A DNA stretch of 64,000 bases from an uncultured delta proteobacterium. Lineage in GTDB: Bacteria; Desulfobacterota; RBG-13-43-22. The notes beneath the pieces are model-generated. The model searched no databases, had not been told where the DNA came from, and saw only the letters and a program-made list of their open reading frames with translations. Both the position numbers and the translations under genes were made by a program. Positions 8,389 to 17,494 of this stretch are shown piece by piece. How positions within the stretch are numbered: the first letter of the stretch is position 1; each line of letters starts with the position of its first letter. The stretch covers positions 192,001-256,000 of the forward strand of contig CAWDKY010000017.1 in the NCBI GenBank assembly GCA_963802945.1, read 5' to 3'.

Positions 8389-9240
8389 GCCTATATTTTC
8401 AACAATCTTTTTTATACGCTCAGGTACACTCCAAGATTCTCTGACCTGCGCGTTACCCCTAGGTGCTGCTTTAAGCCTTTCAAGTGCATCATCCGAAAAT
8501 TGACGGCATTTTTCAATTAAATCCATAATCCTCTTCGCTTCTGCCCAAGATGATGAGGATTCAAGGCAACCAACGAGTGCATTTGAAATCTTAAACGCAA
8601 TCTGTGGCTTGGCAGCTAATAGCTCTATTATTTCCTTTGCAATATCCTTTGGTATGCGATCCTTAGCTTGAAGAGCTTGATATTTCCCTATGAAACCATA
8701 AGGATCAATTCCAACTTTTAAAGGGACAATAGGAACCTTACGCCCAATGGCCACACCAATTTCTTGATCCGTCCACTTACTTTCGTTAAATCCCGGAGTC
8801 AAGAAAGCCACAAGCGCGTCCATAGTCGTAAGAGCTATTTCAATTTCCTTCTGCCAATCCTTTGTTGGCTCAATATCTTCATGTGCAATAAAACATGCAA
8901 ACCCATACTTAACCAATTCAATTTTAATGTTTTTGACAGCAATTTTCTCTGAAGCAAGATGACTTAAAAATATGCGTGGTTGCTCAGGTGACCAGAAAGC
9001 TGGTTGTTCAGAGGATTCAAGTTCTGTCACAACACCAAGATGCTTTGCTAACTCCACTAAAGATTGATCACTGGCGTTATTAATCATATCCATGACATAA
9101 TCATCTCTATTATCTCCCCGCCATTCATCAGTCCATGGCAATTTAAATTGTTTTAGAGTTAAATCAATGATTGACCAGTTTTCTTTACCAAGTGCTGCAG
9201 ATGTTTCTTTAATGAGATGAATTCGCTCAGACGGTTTCAT
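8383..9240 (-). CDS. TIR-domain protein with an uncharacterised N-terminal domain, gene cassette (candidate anti-phage)
   Basis: IFLSH, FIAHEDIEPT, ESKWTDQEIGVA (catalytic Glu), DPYGFIGKYQA; visibly AT-rich. Confidence 0.85.
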   Translation of the reverse strand: MKPSERIHLIKETSAALGKENWSIIDLTLKQFKLPWTDEWRGDNRDDYVMDMINNASDQSLVELAKHLGVVTELESSEQPAFWSPEQPRIFLSHLASEKIAVKNIKIELVKYGFACFIAHEDIEPTKDWQKEIEIALTTMDALVAFLTPGFNESKWTDQEIGVAIGRKVPIVPLKVGIDPYGFIGKYQALQAKDRIPKDIAKEIIELLAAKPQIAFKISNALVGCLESSSSWAEAKRIMDLIEKCRQFSDDALERLKAAPRGNAQVRESWSVPERIKKIVENIGG

Positions 9241-9261
9241 CTAAAGACCTCTTTTATCATT

Positions 9262-9352
9262 AGTTAATGCGGCGTTGACCCGTGGCACGCCGCTTGCGGG
9301 GCCGTAAGGCCCAGGCAAGCAAGTGACATGGTGTCCAATGGCCTGGTTGGGG
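9262..9352 (-). mobile_element. Integron attC site 6 (degenerate; no cassette ORF upstream)
   Basis: Minus strand CCCCAAC...ATTAACT with internal GCTTGC/GCAAGC and GGGCC/GGCCC palindromes. Confidence 0.55.
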
Positions 9353-9634
9353 CCGCCGTCGGTGCCTGTCTGAAAATCTAATTTTTTTTTATAACTTCAC
9401 TTTCCAAGAAGGAGCACTTGGGAAGAATTTATTTTTTGGTGCTATTTAGGTGTGACAAAATGCAGAAACTTGGTAACATATTATAAATGATAAGCAAAAT
9501 CTTAACAATTATTTTTTTGGGGGCAAAAAGCTATAAATAAATTCTTCCGTTTTTCTTTCATTCGTAGTATCTTATTTCTTAGGATGTCGACCAGAGGAGT
9601 CTTGTAACCATTTGATTTTTGGGGGATTATATCT

Positions 9635-10078
9635 ATGAAATATTCCGAAGCCAGGCAGGGACGCATTTTCATTATCCGATTGGAAGACGGGGAGATACTT
9701 CACGAAACGATCGAACAATTTACAGCCGAACAGAGGATCAAGGCCGCTTATATGATTGCTCTCGGCGGGGCTGACAGCCAAAGCCGTTTGGTGGTCGGCC
9801 CGGAAGACGGGCGGGCCACTCCGGTTAATCCCCTGACACATGAATTGGGAAATGTCCATGAAATCGTCGGGACCGGCACTCTGTTTCCGGATGAAGAAGG
9901 AAAGCCGATGCTGCATATGCATGTGGCCGCAGGGCGCATGAATTCCACCATAACCGGTTGTGTGAGAAACGGCGTTAAGGTATGGCAGGTGGCTGAGGTG
10001 GTTATGATAGAGTTACTGGATACTTCAGCCTCGAGAAAATTGGAAGCCTCTTTGGGCTTTAAATTGTTACAACCATAA
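9635..10078 (+). CDS. PPC/DUF296 domain protein
   Basis: IRLEDGE, ALGG, EIVGTGTL, LHMHV and EVVMIE motifs. Confidence 0.88.
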   Translation: MKYSEARQGRIFIIRLEDGEILHETIEQFTAEQRIKAAYMIALGGADSQSRLVVGPEDGRATPVNPLTHELGNVHEIVGTGTLFPDEEGKPMLHMHVAAGRMNSTITGCVRNGVKVWQVAEVVMIELLDTSASRKLEASLGFKLLQP

Positions 10079-10155
10079 CAACACGGTCCACGGTTCAAGG
10101 TATATAGTTTAAGGAAAAACTTTGAAACGTTGATCTTAATGTATCCCTAAAAAGT

Positions 10156-10232
10156 GTCACCCCAGCGAAAGCCGGGGTCCAGGACATCTTAATTAAATAA
10201 AATACCTGGATTCCGGCTTCCGCCGGAATGAC
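10156..10232. repeat. CGTC/GTC-type REP-like palindrome pair
   Basis: GTCACCCCAGCGAAAGCCGGGGTCCAG...CTGGATTCCGGCTTCCGCCGGAATGAC. Confidence 0.7.
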
Positions 10233-10295
10233 TTGTTTCGGAATTTAGCCACTTTTTACAGGCATATTAAACTAACCCTTTTCACAATTTTTTCT

Positions 10296-12092
10296 ATGAA
10301 ACAGATACGCAATTTCAGCATTATCGCCCATATTGATCACGGCAAATCCACCCTGGCCGATCGGTTGATTCAATACGCCGGGCTGGTGGACCAGCGGCAA
10401 TTCCGGGATCAGATCCTGGATACCATGGACATCGAACGGGAACGGGGCATCACCATCAAGAGCAACACCGTTACCCTTCCCTATACCAATAAAAAAGGGG
10501 AAGAATTCGATCTGAACCTGATCGACACACCCGGTCATGTGGATTTTTCCTATGAAGTCTCCCGTGCCCTGGCCTCCTGCGAAGGGGTCTTGCTTTTGAT
10601 CGATGCCGCTCAGGGTGTGCAGGCTCAGACCCTGGCCAATATGTACGCCGCCGTGGAACAGGATCTGACCCTCATCCCGGTCATTAACAAAATCGATCTC
10701 CCTTCGGCCGATATTGAACGGGTCAAGGAAGAGATTGAAAACGATCTGGGCCTGGATTCCGAATCGGCCCTGCTGTGTTCGGCCAAGGAAGGGATCGGGA
10801 TTGAGGAAATTCTGGAGGCCATTACCGAACGGATTCCTTCGCCCAAAGGGAGCCGGGATGCCCCCTTGACCGCCCTGATCTTTGACGCCCATTATGATCC
10901 TTTTCGCGGGACCATTATCAGTTGCCGGGTCTTCAACGGATCGGTTCGTGCCGGGGATACGATTCGTCTCATGTCCAACGGGGCTACCTACCTGGTGGAA
11001 GAGGTGGGATTTTTTCGGTTGACGCGCGAGCCTCGAAAGGAACTTTCTGCCGGCGAAGTGGGGTATATTATCGCCGGCATCAAAACCGTCAGCGACACCC
11101 GCATCGGAGACACGATAACCCTTGATACCAATCCGGCCCCGGCGCCGTTACATGGTTTCAAAGAAGTCAAGCCCGTGGTCTTTTCCTCCATCTATCCCAT
11201 TTCATCCGAGGATTATCAGTCTCTGTCCGAAGCCCTGGAAAAATACAAGCTCAATGATGCCGCCCTGATCTATCAAAAGGATTCTTCCGCAGCCCTGGGG
11301 CAGGGGTTTCGCTGCGGCTTCCTGGGGTTGTTGCATCTGGAAATCGTTCAGGAGCGCCTGGAGCGGGAATATAACCAGTCTATCATTATGACCGTGCCCA
11401 GCGTCCAGTACCGCTATCATCTCAAGGACGGGGAGACGGTCATTGTCGATAACCCCCAATATTATCCCGATCCCATGACCATAGATTACTCCGAAGAACC
11501 CTTTATCCGGGCCACGATTTTGATCCCCGATACTTATTTAGGCAATATCATGAACCTCTGCCGGGAACGCCGCGGATTGAATCCCCAGATGCATTACCCC
11601 ACACCGGGCCGGGTGGAACTTAAATATGACCTGCCTTTGGCCGAGGTGATTTATGATTTTTACGACAAGCTGAAAAGCCTGACCCGCGGATACGGTTCTT
11701 TTGATTACGAGTTGATCGGCTATCGAGAAGCCGATCTGGTGAAACTGGATATCTTAGTCAACAGCGAGAAAGTGGATGCCCTTTCCCTGATGGTTCATCG
11801 GGATCGCGCCCGGGCCCGGGCGGTCCAGATCTGTGACCGGCTGAAAGATGAAATCCCCAGGCAGATGTTCAAGATCCCTATCCAGGGGGCCATCGGCGGT
11901 ACCATCATCGCCCGTTCGACCATCTCGGCCTTTCGGAAAGACGTCACCGCCAAATGTTACGGCGGGGACATCACCCGGAAACGAAAACTCCTTGAAAAGC
12001 AGAAAAAAGGCAAGCAGCGGATGAAGATGGTCGGCGCGGTTGAAATCCCCCAGGGCGCCTTTGTAGCCGTATTAAAGTCAGATACGGATTAA
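10296..12092 (+). CDS. lepA: Elongation factor 4 (LepA)
   Basis: [50 protein letters not shown]; start taken at MKQIRN. Confidence 0.98.
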   Translation: MKQIRNFSIIAHIDHGKSTLADRLIQYAGLVDQRQFRDQILDTMDIERERGITIKSNTVTLPYTNKKGEEFDLNLIDTPGHVDFSYEVSRALASCEGVLLLIDAAQGVQAQTLANMYAAVEQDLTLIPVINKIDLPSADIERVKEEIENDLGLDSESALLCSAKEGIGIEEILEAITERIPSPKGSRDAPLTALIFDAHYDPFRGTIISCRVFNGSVRAGDTIRLMSNGATYLVEEVGFFRLTREPRKELSAGEVGYIIAGIKTVSDTRIGDTITLDTNPAPAPLHGFKEVKPVVFSSIYPISSEDYQSLSEALEKYKLNDAALIYQKDSSAALGQGFRCGFLGLLHLEIVQERLEREYNQSIIMTVPSVQYRYHLKDGETVIVDNPQYYPDPMTIDYSEEPFIRATILIPDTYLGNIMNLCRERRGLNPQMHYPTPGRVELKYDLPLAEVIYDFYDKLKSLTRGYGSFDYELIGYREADLVKLDILVNSEKVDALSLMVHRDRARARAVQICDRLKDEIPRQMFKIPIQGAIGGTIIARSTISAFRKDVTAKCYGGDITRKRKLLEKQKKGKQRMKMVGAVEIPQGAFVAVLKSDTD

Positions 12093-12331
12093 CAGGTTGC
12101 TGAAACCGGGTACCGCCCTGAAGGGGTGGGTGTGAGACGAGATGTGGGGCGAACAAAAAGGCCCATCTATCCCGCCTTCGGCGGGATTGCCCTCATTCCT
12201 CCCCGCCTTTCGGCGGGGCAGGCTTATTGCGACGTACTTTTATGTACGACTCATTCCTCGGGATTTTGAGCGCCTTGTATCTGAACCTTTTTGAGCAACC
12301 TGTAAAATATGTGTTTTTCCGCAAACTGTTA
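12092..12331. repeat. Intergenic MITE-like repeat with nested mini-palindromes
   Basis: ACAGGTTGCT...AGCAACCTGT inverted ends; internal ATCCCGCCTTCGGCGGGAT and CCCCGCCTTTCGGCGGGG. Confidence 0.55.
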
Positions 12332-12619
12332 ATTAGAAAAAGTCACAAGCATCTGCCAATTTCTTTCCTTACTTTTTCCTGAAAAAGTGATTTATTATTT
12401 TGGGAAATCATGCAGATTTTCTACTGATAACCGTTGACCAGACGGTGGGAGATTCGGGTTCTTAACTTCCATCTTACAAGGCTGTTGAGAATAATCAACA
12501 AAGGGAGAAATGGTAAAAAAAATCGAAAGTATTAATGGTTAGCTATGGGAAAATTTAAGGCAGCAGAAAACCGATTTCCACAAGATATTGCGGTAAAAAA
12601 ATAATTAGCATACAATATA

Positions 12620-12648
12620 TTGACAAATTCCATAAAGTAGGATATAAA
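12620..12648 (+). promoter_or_regulatory. Sigma70-type promoter upstream of the phcB-like operon
   Basis: TTGACA-17 bp-TATAAA. Confidence 0.55.
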
Positions 12649-13054
12649 TTATAAGGATTATTGTAAAGATTCATGGTTAATGATTGAATTTATTAGAAAA
12701 TGTGGACTACAGATAAGTCGTCATCTCTTTGTTAAAGCTTTCTAAGAAGGAGATTAAATTCAAATAGTAAAAATTTCACTTTATGAAAAAGTGCACCGAA
12801 TACTCCAAGCGGGAGTAGAGGGAATTTTAGGAATAGGATTCGGATTAGTATTCTTATTTTTATGGGGTCGGCTAATTAGGTGAGGGATATGTCCTTGGTG
12901 TATGGGGATCATTCCCGTTACAAGAATAATTTGTGTCCCTGAGGTTGGAAGGCGGAGTTGTCTGGAATGGTCCAGGTTTAGTTTTTGAAAGTTTGAAAGA
13001 AAGTTGTGCGCCCGAATTCTCGATCTGCCGGTATGATGAAAGGAGGACACTGTA

Positions 13055-14710
13055 GTGAGCCAACGTTCTAAAGATCTCTCAACGCCTTGGTTAGGCAGTA
13101 AAGAGGAAAGCAGCCCAGACAGGCGCAGGACCATTGCGCCTGTTCCTTTTTTTAAAGACTCACCGATTGAAGGTTCTGCGACCGCTGAAATGAACACGTC
13201 TCCCTCCAACGAATTTATTATTATGGATAAATTGTTTGACAGAAGAAGTTATAGAGAAAGACGCATGTTTGCGCATAACGACATTGGAGAAAATTTTAGA
13301 AAAAACTCTATGGATCGAAGGATAATAAATAGAAGAAATACGCCTAGAGTTTTTGGCAATTTTAATGCGCAAATAAAAAGTTTCGGCAAACATAAAGTTG
13401 AAGCAGAAGTACTTAATATGGGTAACCGTGGAATATATATTGAAAGTAATAATTTTTTAGGATCAAAAGGAGCAGTGCTTGATATTTTGTTTAATATTGA
13501 CGGAGATAAATTAAAAATACAATCAACTGTAGTGTGGCAAAAAAAGGATGATTTGACAAACACGTATCGTTGCGGGTTAATGATAAACACCGAAAGGGAT
13601 AAAATAATTGCGCTAGAAAAAATGCTTTGGATGAGCAAAGAATATATAAGACAAATTGTAAGACCGCAGATTGAAAAAATGAATCTCAATGAAATTTTAA
13701 AACAAAAAATAATCGATTTTTTTAGAAATGACGTTAATACCTTTGCAAGACAATATTCAAAAAATGAGAAAGCGATTTTGAAGGGATTTTTAAAAAAGGA
13801 AGAAGCAAAGGATGTTGTTAGAGAATTGATAAACCAAATTGTGGAAAAAGGCGATTTGCTTTTTAATGATATAGAAGAAAGCAAGATTCTGTCAAAAATT
13901 AAAGAGATTTTCAGGCAGACCATAGGATGTTGGATATATCAGAGTGAATTGACGAGTCATGCTCTCAAGAAGCCAAGAGGGTATCCGGGTGATTACAAAA
14001 TGATAGAACTTGTTTATGACAATAAACTAATATCTAAGAAAATTGGACAATGTATGGATAGAATTTTTTTAGATAATGCATTTGCTGTAGCAATACGAAA
14101 TAGGAAAAAATGGATGGGAAACATATTAAAAGAGCAGATTAAAAAAGTAAAAATCAATGAAACGCTAAAAGTCATGAATGCTGCCTGCGGTTCTAGCAGA
14201 GAAATTAAAGAATTGTTTGAAAAAAAGATGCCGTGCCAAGGGAAAGTCATATTTTCTTTGATTGACCATGACCAAGAAGCTTTGGATTATACGAGGACCA
14301 GTTTGATGAAAGTGAAACCTAAGTGGGCAGAATTGGATTTGATAGAAGAAAATATTTTGAGATTAAGACCCGGCAATGCAAAGTATGTGAATAAATTTAG
14401 TGGATATAACCTTATCTATAGCATTGGATTAGCCGATTATCTGCCCGATAAAATACTGCTCATTTTTTATGAATTCTGTAAAAAGGTACTGGCTGATAAT
14501 GGATTTTTGGTGATTGCTCATAAGGATAAAGATAGATATGAACCTATACTCCATAGCTGGTATGTCGACTGGAATTTTATCCCTAGAAATAATCCGGAGT
14601 TTAGGGAATTGACGAGAAAAGTATTTGGCGATGATTACAGAATAGAAACAATATGGGAGCCTTCGGAGATCATATTTTTTTTAAAAATATCAAAAAAGCA
14701 GCGAGAATAG
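13055..14710 (+). CDS. PilZ domain + PhcB-like class I SAM methyltransferase (fatty acid methyl ester signal synthase family); true start probably ATG 13190 or 13223
   Basis: PilZ RRNTPR and NMGNRG; KPRGYPGDYKMIE, AIRNR, NAACGSSRE, IDHDQEAL, IYSIGLADYLPD, DWNFIPR. Confidence 0.75.
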   Translation: MSQRSKDLSTPWLGSKEESSPDRRRTIAPVPFFKDSPIEGSATAEMNTSPSNEFIIMDKLFDRRSYRERRMFAHNDIGENFRKNSMDRRIINRRNTPRVFGNFNAQIKSFGKHKVEAEVLNMGNRGIYIESNNFLGSKGAVLDILFNIDGDKLKIQSTVVWQKKDDLTNTYRCGLMINTERDKIIALEKMLWMSKEYIRQIVRPQIEKMNLNEILKQKIIDFFRNDVNTFARQYSKNEKAILKGFLKKEEAKDVVRELINQIVEKGDLLFNDIEESKILSKIKEIFRQTIGCWIYQSELTSHALKKPRGYPGDYKMIELVYDNKLISKKIGQCMDRIFLDNAFAVAIRNRKKWMGNILKEQIKKVKINETLKVMNAACGSSREIKELFEKKMPCQGKVIFSLIDHDQEALDYTRTSLMKVKPKWAELDLIEENILRLRPGNAKYVNKFSGYNLIYSIGLADYLPDKILLIFYEFCKKVLADNGFLVIAHKDKDRYEPILHSWYVDWNFIPRNNPEFRELTRKVFGDDYRIETIWEPSEIIFFLKISKKQRE

Positions 14711-14810
14711 GATGCGAAAATCTCTGCTGTCGGAATTTTATTAATACCAAAGTTAAAGAATCTCTTGGCAATACTCCCCTATAATAATTATTATTGCCGA
14801 GAAAAAAGGT

Positions 14811-17441
14811 ATGAAGGCTATAGACAGTAAAAAAATCGAACAGGACCCAATCTTCCTGGAGCGTTTAAAAAAAGAAGGGCGCGAGAGACTCCAGTCAGAA
14901 TTTCGTTACATCTTGATCCTGAGTTGTTTTATTTGGACGAGCTTCTACGGTCTTGATATCATCACCTCACCTGAACACCACCTGACTTTTCTGGGGCTGA
15001 GGCTGTTGGTGGTTCTCAACTATGTTATAGGGATCGTAGTACTTTCCTCCAAACTCGGGTCAAAAATTGGGGGACCTCTCTTAGTGTGGGAGTATTATAT
15101 TACCACCCTGTCGATCTCCATCATGACCACTTATATCGGCGGGTTCGACAGCAGCTATTATATCGGGATCGTGATGATTATTTTCATTTCAGGTCTATTT
15201 ATTCCTTTGGGCCTCCCTGAAACCGTTACCGGCGGACTGATGACATTGGTGAGTTATTTCGCGATAAACGCATTTTTCGGCCCACCCGAATCGGTCAAGA
15301 TCAACAAGGTCATTTTCCCGTTCTTTTTTATTTCGGGGGCGTTGGTCTGTACAATGTTCGGAATAAGAAGGAGTGAAAGGAACAGGCGCAGTGATCTCAA
15401 ATTGCGAATGCAGATCGAGAGGGCCAACGATGAACTCAAGGAGCTTGACCAGGCTAAAATGCGATTCTTCTCCAACGTCAGCCACGAGCTTAGAAGTCCT
15501 CTGACCCTTATTCTCGGACCTCTTGAGATGCTCCTTAAGGGCAAACAAGACCATCAGGAAATGCGCCCACTCCTCCAGGCGATGGAGGGCAATGCCCGCC
15601 GGCTGTTGCGACAGGTCAACACATTGCTTGATTTTGCCAAAATGGACGCCGGAAAGCTCGAATGTAATTATGAATACAGCAACCTGGCAAGGATCATTCG
15701 GGGATTAGCCGATGCGGCCAGACCTCATCTGATGAACCGGAAAATTGACCTGGTTATTGAAGGATTCGAAAATTTCCCAGATACGATCTTTGATCCGGAC
15801 AAAGTTGAGACGATGGCGGCTAACCTGCTGTCCAACGCAATCAAGTTTACTCCTGAAGGCGGCCGGATTACGATCAGGACCGCAGAAGAGGATGAAATAA
15901 TCTGGTTTGAAGTCGAAGACACCGGCATCGGTATCCCGGGGGACAAGCTTGAGGCTGTTTTTGAGCGGTTCATTCAAGTTGATGACAAGATGGACAGACG
16001 TCAAGAGGGAACCGGCCTCGGTTTGGCCATGGTCAAACAGTTGGCCAAGATCCATGCCGGCAGAGTGACGGTCCGTTCAAAGCTTGGCGAGGGGACGACC
16101 TGTCGTGTTGAACTCCCTAAACGACCCGATTCCAAAGTATTGGAGCGACGTCGGGTCGTCGGTCGCCGGCGCGAGGATCAGATATCCTATGCCAGGACCG
16201 TCGCTATGATCAGTACTCCCGCCGAGGAAAAATCAGAGAGCCACAAGGAAACGCTCCTGGCCGATGTCTTGAGAGCCCGGTTCGGGGAAAATGAGGATAT
16301 CGCTGAAAGCATTCGGCATAGGGCCCCATCGGATGCACAAAAAGTGCTGGTTGTTGATGACAACCCGGATTTGCGACTCTTTATTGCCAGTAATCTCGCC
16401 GATGATTACCAGGTTAAGGTTGCCAAGGATGGTATGGAAGGTCTTGAATTAGCGAGGCGTTGGTTGCCCGACCTGATCGTGTCGGATATCATGATGCCCC
16501 GGATGGATGGTTACGAGCTTACACGTCAGGTTCGAAAAGATCCATCCCTATCCCAGGTTCCGGTGATTCTGGCCACCGCCAAGTCCGGCGGGGAGGCCGT
16601 CGCGGAAGGCTTGGGTATAGGCGCTAATGATTACCTGGCTAAACCTTTTGAAATCAGGGAACTGAGGGCCAGAGTTTCGGCACAACTGCGTACGCATCGT
16701 TTGGAACGGAATTTGAGTGAACGAGATAGCCGATTAGCCGCCATTGGCCAGATGACCAGTGCTATCGTTCACGATTTGAAAAACCCACTTTCAGCGATCA
16801 TCGGGTTTGCTGAGATCTCCAGGCAGGATGTCCTAAGCGGTAAAGGGACTGATATGGTGATTCATGACCTGGAACCTGTAGTTAGCGAAGCCAATCGACT
16901 GGATCGGATGATCGCGGAGGTGCTCGATTTTGCCCGCGGCAGCTCCTCGGACCTGAATCTCGTGCCCACCGAGTTGGCGGTTTACCTGGAGATGGTTTGT
17001 CCGCCTTTGCAAAAAAAATTAGCGGCCATGGGAATCGAATTGATTTTAAAACATGAATCAGGCACGAACCTGCTTGTCCAGATCGATAATGACCGGATGT
17101 TGCGAGTGATCGAAAATCTGATTCGAAACGCCCAGGAGGCGATTTGGTCAGGTGATCAGAATCCAAAGGGTAAACACATCTGGATCACGACCAGTTGCGA
17201 TGAACGCTCGGTCGCCGTGCGGATTGCGGACGATGGTCCCGGGATTGCGAAGGAAATGGTGACGGATTTATTTAAGACCTTTGTCACCGGGAAAAAGAGA
17301 ACAGGAACGGGGTTGGGACTGGCCACCGTCCGCAACCTGGTAATCGCCCATGGGGGGGAGATCACGGTGGAACCTAAGGGTGCGGAGGGAGGGGCCGCTT
17401 TTCTGCTAAAGTTTCCGCGAATTACTAATGGTCAGCCGTAA
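14811..17441 (+). CDS. Membrane hybrid histidine kinase: multi-TM sensor-HisKA-HATPase-REC-HisKA-HATPase (PhcS+PhcR-like fusion)
   Basis: GGFDSSYYIG sensor motif; SHELRSPL, NLLSNAIKF, GTGLGL; REC VVDDN..SDIMMP..KPF; second VHDLKNPL, NLIRNA, GTGLGL. Confidence 0.9.
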   Translation: MKAIDSKKIEQDPIFLERLKKEGRERLQSEFRYILILSCFIWTSFYGLDIITSPEHHLTFLGLRLLVVLNYVIGIVVLSSKLGSKIGGPLLVWEYYITTLSISIMTTYIGGFDSSYYIGIVMIIFISGLFIPLGLPETVTGGLMTLVSYFAINAFFGPPESVKINKVIFPFFFISGALVCTMFGIRRSERNRRSDLKLRMQIERANDELKELDQAKMRFFSNVSHELRSPLTLILGPLEMLLKGKQDHQEMRPLLQAMEGNARRLLRQVNTLLDFAKMDAGKLECNYEYSNLARIIRGLADAARPHLMNRKIDLVIEGFENFPDTIFDPDKVETMAANLLSNAIKFTPEGGRITIRTAEEDEIIWFEVEDTGIGIPGDKLEAVFERFIQVDDKMDRRQEGTGLGLAMVKQLAKIHAGRVTVRSKLGEGTTCRVELPKRPDSKVLERRRVVGRRREDQISYARTVAMISTPAEEKSESHKETLLADVLRARFGENEDIAESIRHRAPSDAQKVLVVDDNPDLRLFIASNLADDYQVKVAKDGMEGLELARRWLPDLIVSDIMMPRMDGYELTRQVRKDPSLSQVPVILATAKSGGEAVAEGLGIGANDYLAKPFEIRELRARVSAQLRTHRLERNLSERDSRLAAIGQMTSAIVHDLKNPLSAIIGFAEISRQDVLSGKGTDMVIHDLEPVVSEANRLDRMIAEVLDFARGSSSDLNLVPTELAVYLEMVCPPLQKKLAAMGIELILKHESGTNLLVQIDNDRMLRVIENLIRNAQEAIWSGDQNPKGKHIWITTSCDERSVAVRIADDGPGIAKEMVTDLFKTFVTGKKRTGTGLGLATVRNLVIAHGGEITVEPKGAEGGAAFLLKFPRITNGQP

Positions 17442-17494
17442 CCGTCCGCCTCGTTATCTTTTTTAATTCGATCATCCATAGTGAGAGTGAAGAT

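Noticed and set aside
9283-9298. Sigma54 promoter-like TGGCACGCCGCTTGC
   Set aside because: It lies within an attC palindrome arm about 340 bp from the next gene; probably coincidental
12650-13050. c-di-GMP riboswitch in the leader of the phcB-like gene
   Set aside because: No GEMM-like consensus recognised by eye; needs an Infernal scan
13249-13923. 224-aa antisense ORF and other long shadow ORFs (e.g. 10272-10892, 48318-48911)
   Set aside because: They overlap well-supported genes on the opposite strand and lack motifs
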